A DNA stretch of 64,000 bases, taken from positions 19,530,001 through 19,594,000 of the forward strand of contig CM060732.1 of the NCBI GenBank assembly GCA_030704615.1, written 5' to 3'. The position numbers and the translations under genes were made by a program. The DNA is from Takakia lepidozioides (Eukaryota; Plantae; Bryophyta). Shown in pieces: positions 60,789-64,000 of the stretch. Each line of letters starts with the position of its first letter. The first letter of the stretch is position 1. The notes under the pieces were generated by a model. That model made no database searches. It was not told the origin of the DNA and worked only from the letters and a program-made list of their open reading frames with translations.

Positions 60789-63700
60789 ATGGACGTGGAA
60801 GCAAAACCCGATGATATACTGATCACGGAAAGCCCGCTTATATGGCCTCTTCGACAATGTTTGCAAACAGCAAAACCATGACCCTTCAACAGGAAGGATC
60901 TCCATTGGAAGAGTGAGACGCAATATGGGTTTATGGGTGTGCGAGTGAATGTTGAAAAGGCCTGCATACCTTGGGATAGAGTTGGTGACTTCGTCCTGGG
61001 AGAGGAGAGTTTGGAGGACTACCCCACTCAGTTTTGGGTGAATGTCCATTCTAAAGTGGAACCCGGTTCGCAAAAAGCACCCAGAGCCAACACATTTCTG
61101 TCCAGTATTATGTGTGCACCATCCTCAGTCATTTTGACGTTTCATTGCATGTCTGTTGCCATTTTTTGTTTCACGAGTTCTCTGATTTTATGCTTCCTCA
61201 AGTCGTTGGATATCGATTTTAGAATTTTTTGTCCAGGTATCAATGCTGCTATGGTCCTGATGACAAGCGCACCAACAAGGCAATAGTGGAGGATCCAAAA
61301 CAGAAGCGTGGAGGACCTCTTGTGGGTGCTGGAACATCTTGCCCTCATAAAGGCCCAAGGAGAAAGAAGTCGGAGTATGGAGAGTCTTACAAATATGGTT
61401 GCCAATGCTGTTTCAAGGTCCAGCAATGCTATCTCGCCCCTGACATCTGTGTCCTCACATACTACAACAACATGGAAAATACAGATGCGCAAGGGAAACC
61501 CTCGCATGGAAGTCCGCAGAGTTCAGGAACACCCGCCACGCCTATGCACCACACATTAGCGAGGAATTGAAAGCCTGGGTCGTCGAGTGTTTGTGCCGAG
61601 GCCTGTCGGTCGCCAAATCATGATGGAGCATAAAGAGCACGTGATGAACAACACCGGCTTGGGCGATGCATGGACCCGTGATGATTTCTTGTTGGAGCAA
61701 GATGTTCGCAACCTTGCCGAGAAACGTGCGTGGCAAACCTTCAAAAAGCACGCCGATGATGCAGAGAGTGTGCGCATGTGGAGGGACCAGAATCCTGCGT
61801 CCGTTTTTTTCTATCAAGAGGAGAAATTAGAGCCAACATTCGAGCATTTTGATGGAGATTTGACATTCACTATTGGCATACAGACTCCGTGGCAGAAACG
61901 ACGAATGCTGGAACTAGGACATGACCGTATCGTTGCATGTGATGCAACCTTTGGGACAAATCATGACAAGGTACTATTCGAACGATTCCATGGACTTGTA
62001 CGAGCATGATAGCATAGTACCATGCAACATTCACATAAAATTTGGTGTGCTGACCCTTTCTGTATGTTTTTATATGTACGTTGCGGAAGACCGAGGGGCA
62101 GACCCATTGTGAACCGCTGCAGACCTCATCACTCTTATGAAGTCTTCTCGTGCAGAACTGAGCGGAATTTGCATGCTCTGACCATCTTACATTGTGCATT
62201 CCAACAGTTCCCATTGTACACGTTGATGGTCTTCGACGAGTGGTTGAACGGTATACCAGTTGCCTATATCCTATCCGCGAGGAATCGGACAAGAGACCTG
62301 GTTCCGTGGATGAGAGCCTTGCGCGATTCACTCCTCGCAGATTTGCCGAGCTGGCGACTCAATGCCTTCATTGTGGACGATGCCGAAGCAGAAATCAACG
62401 CTATTCGGTAAGTCTGTTGGTCCACAGCACCGGTCCATTGTCGAGGTCCACTGCAGCAGTCCATTGCTACAGTCCACTGGCAGACTCCTGTGGCGAAACC
62501 CGATGGCAGTTCGCTGGGCAAATCCACTGGTAGTCCGCTGTCAAGTCCGCTCATCAGTCCCCTGGCAAGTCCACTGGCAGTCCCCGGCAAGTCCGCTCGG
62601 CAGTCCGCTGCCAAGTCCGCTGCCAAGTCCACTCAACAGTCCCTGGGCCGTCCGCTGCCAAGTCCACTCGGCAGTCCCTGGCAAGTCCGCTCGGCAGTCC
62701 GCTGTGGCAGTCCCCAGATGCAGTCCGCTGCCCCAGTCCTAGCTAGGGGAAGTCCAATGGGGAAGTCCACTGGGTAGTCCAATGGGGTTATTCCAGCACA
62801 TCAACGTCATGGCATTGTACTGTCCACTGGGCGAGTCCACTGGCTCTGCTCGCTGATACAGGTCGTTGTTACAGTCCACTCCGGCAGTCCACCATTGCAG
62901 TCCGATCCTAAGACTCTAATGTGTACCATGTATGTTGTGCAGAATTGTTTTTGAAGGAGTACTCATTTTCCTCTGCCTTTTTGAAGGCAGTACTCATTTC
63001 CTCTGCCTTTGGCATGTCCGCAATGGCATGGGTGAAGCAATCATGCAAGAAAACGAAGGATCCAGTGACTCTGTAAACTTGTTGAAGGATATGGGAGACC
63101 TCATGTACTGTAGAGGGGGACCACGCAACGAGAAAAGAGCGTTTCGGTGGGTGGCAAGGAGAATCCGTCGTATGAGGTCAAAATACCCGAAAGGACATGA
63201 ATTTCTTGACTATATCGAACAGTACTGGAAGCCCAAAATAGCAATGTGGTGTACAGCACCGCAATGTCCCTCATGCGAGCCAAGATACAAATGCAAGCAT
63301 TGAGGCATACCATGGAAATATGAAGGCAAGACTTGCCATGAGGAAAGGCAAGATGAGTGGTCGTAGAGTGGACTGGCTTATATGGGAACTCACTGGCCGT
63401 GTGCTAACACACTACTGGTATGCAATCCATTTGAAGACCCACGGGTTCATAAGAAATGACAAACACAAAAAGTACATATCCAGTTCTATACTTGCGGCAC
63501 GAGACATTCCTGCTGAGAGTGTTACTCTTCCCTTGGGTCCTGGTGAACCAGCCTACGTTCTCAGCAGCAACCACCCCGGCACAACATACATTGTTTACAA
63601 TCCTGATTGCGATTGGGGTTGTTGCACGTGCCCATGGGCAATGAAGGGAAACTTATGCAAGCGTCAGGTCCGTGTCCTGAAGATGCCTCACCCTGACCTA

Positions 63701-64000
63701 CAGGATGGCCTCCTTGTGCGCGCTTGTGGCACGACGCTGGGAACCATTCATGGAGGATTACCTAACTTGCTCTTGGGCAATGGTGCCGGCGGCAACGACG
63801 AATCCAATCAGTTCATGGAAAGACATCCTCCTGATGACTTCCCCTACGACGAGGCACCTCTGGAGGTCTCAGCCTCAATGGAACAAGAATTCGCGGACAT
63901 ACTTCGCATTGTAGGTGATGACAAATACCTGGAGGCACATGCCCGATCTGCTCTTCATATGTGCAGAGGGCAGCTCGTTGATATCCTGGCGAAAAGTGTG
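60789..64000 (+). pseudogene. MULE transposase with SWIM zinc finger, intron-containing, frameshifted, runs off the window
   Basis: IPWDRVGDFVLGEES, YQCCYGPDD, ACDATFGTN, FPLYTLMVFD.WLNGIPVAY, AFIVDDAEAEINAIR, LCLWHVR, TNASIEAYH, GRRVDWL, CTCPWAMKGNLCK. Confidence 0.85.
62410..62905. repeat. Intronic array of AGTCC(A/G)CTG-type motifs
   Basis: Many CAGTCC/AAGTCC(A/G)CT(G/C) units. The same motif occurs at 60465-60585. Confidence 0.85.

Noticed and set aside
62410-62905. Possible CRISPR-like array
   Set aside because: Irregular short degenerate units without unique spacers, inside a eukaryotic intron, with no cas genes.
1-64000. TE frameshifts all being assembly errors
   Set aside because: LAS1, FIS1, TnpD and the fusion gene (about 8.6 kb of coding sequence in total) are all in frame, so most TE and PPR lesions are probably real.

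Overview
Nuclear DNA from a land plant, most likely a non-seed plant such as a bryophyte or lycophyte. This is inferred from the short GT-AG introns, telo-boxes, PLS-class PPR expansion and transposon families. In window order: (i) a complete 14.4-kb CACTA/En-Spm transposon (3137-17521; 30-bp imperfect TIRs, ACT target-site duplication) with an intact 4-exon TnpD transposase on the - strand and a divergent, disrupted TnpA-like gene carrying an FCP1/NIF-type HAD phosphatase domain; (ii) MULE-like remnants and a cluster of duplicated PLS/E-class PPR fragments interleaved with OSB-type PDF-motif exons (22.7-34.8 kb); (iii) an 11-exon, fully in-frame host gene (37227-49924, 811 aa by my hand-built model) that appears to fuse a plant PAXX/XLF-like NHEJ head plus coiled coil to a catalytically dead Crypton (DUF3504, tyrosine-recombinase-derived) domain, with a near full-length LINE in intron 1 - the most notable finding; (iv) convergent LAS1-like and FIS1 genes; (v) a Copia integrase relic, a probable MITE and a disrupted MULE/SWIM transposase running off the right edge. 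All exon models were derived by hand. Family assignments come from remembered motifs, not database searches.
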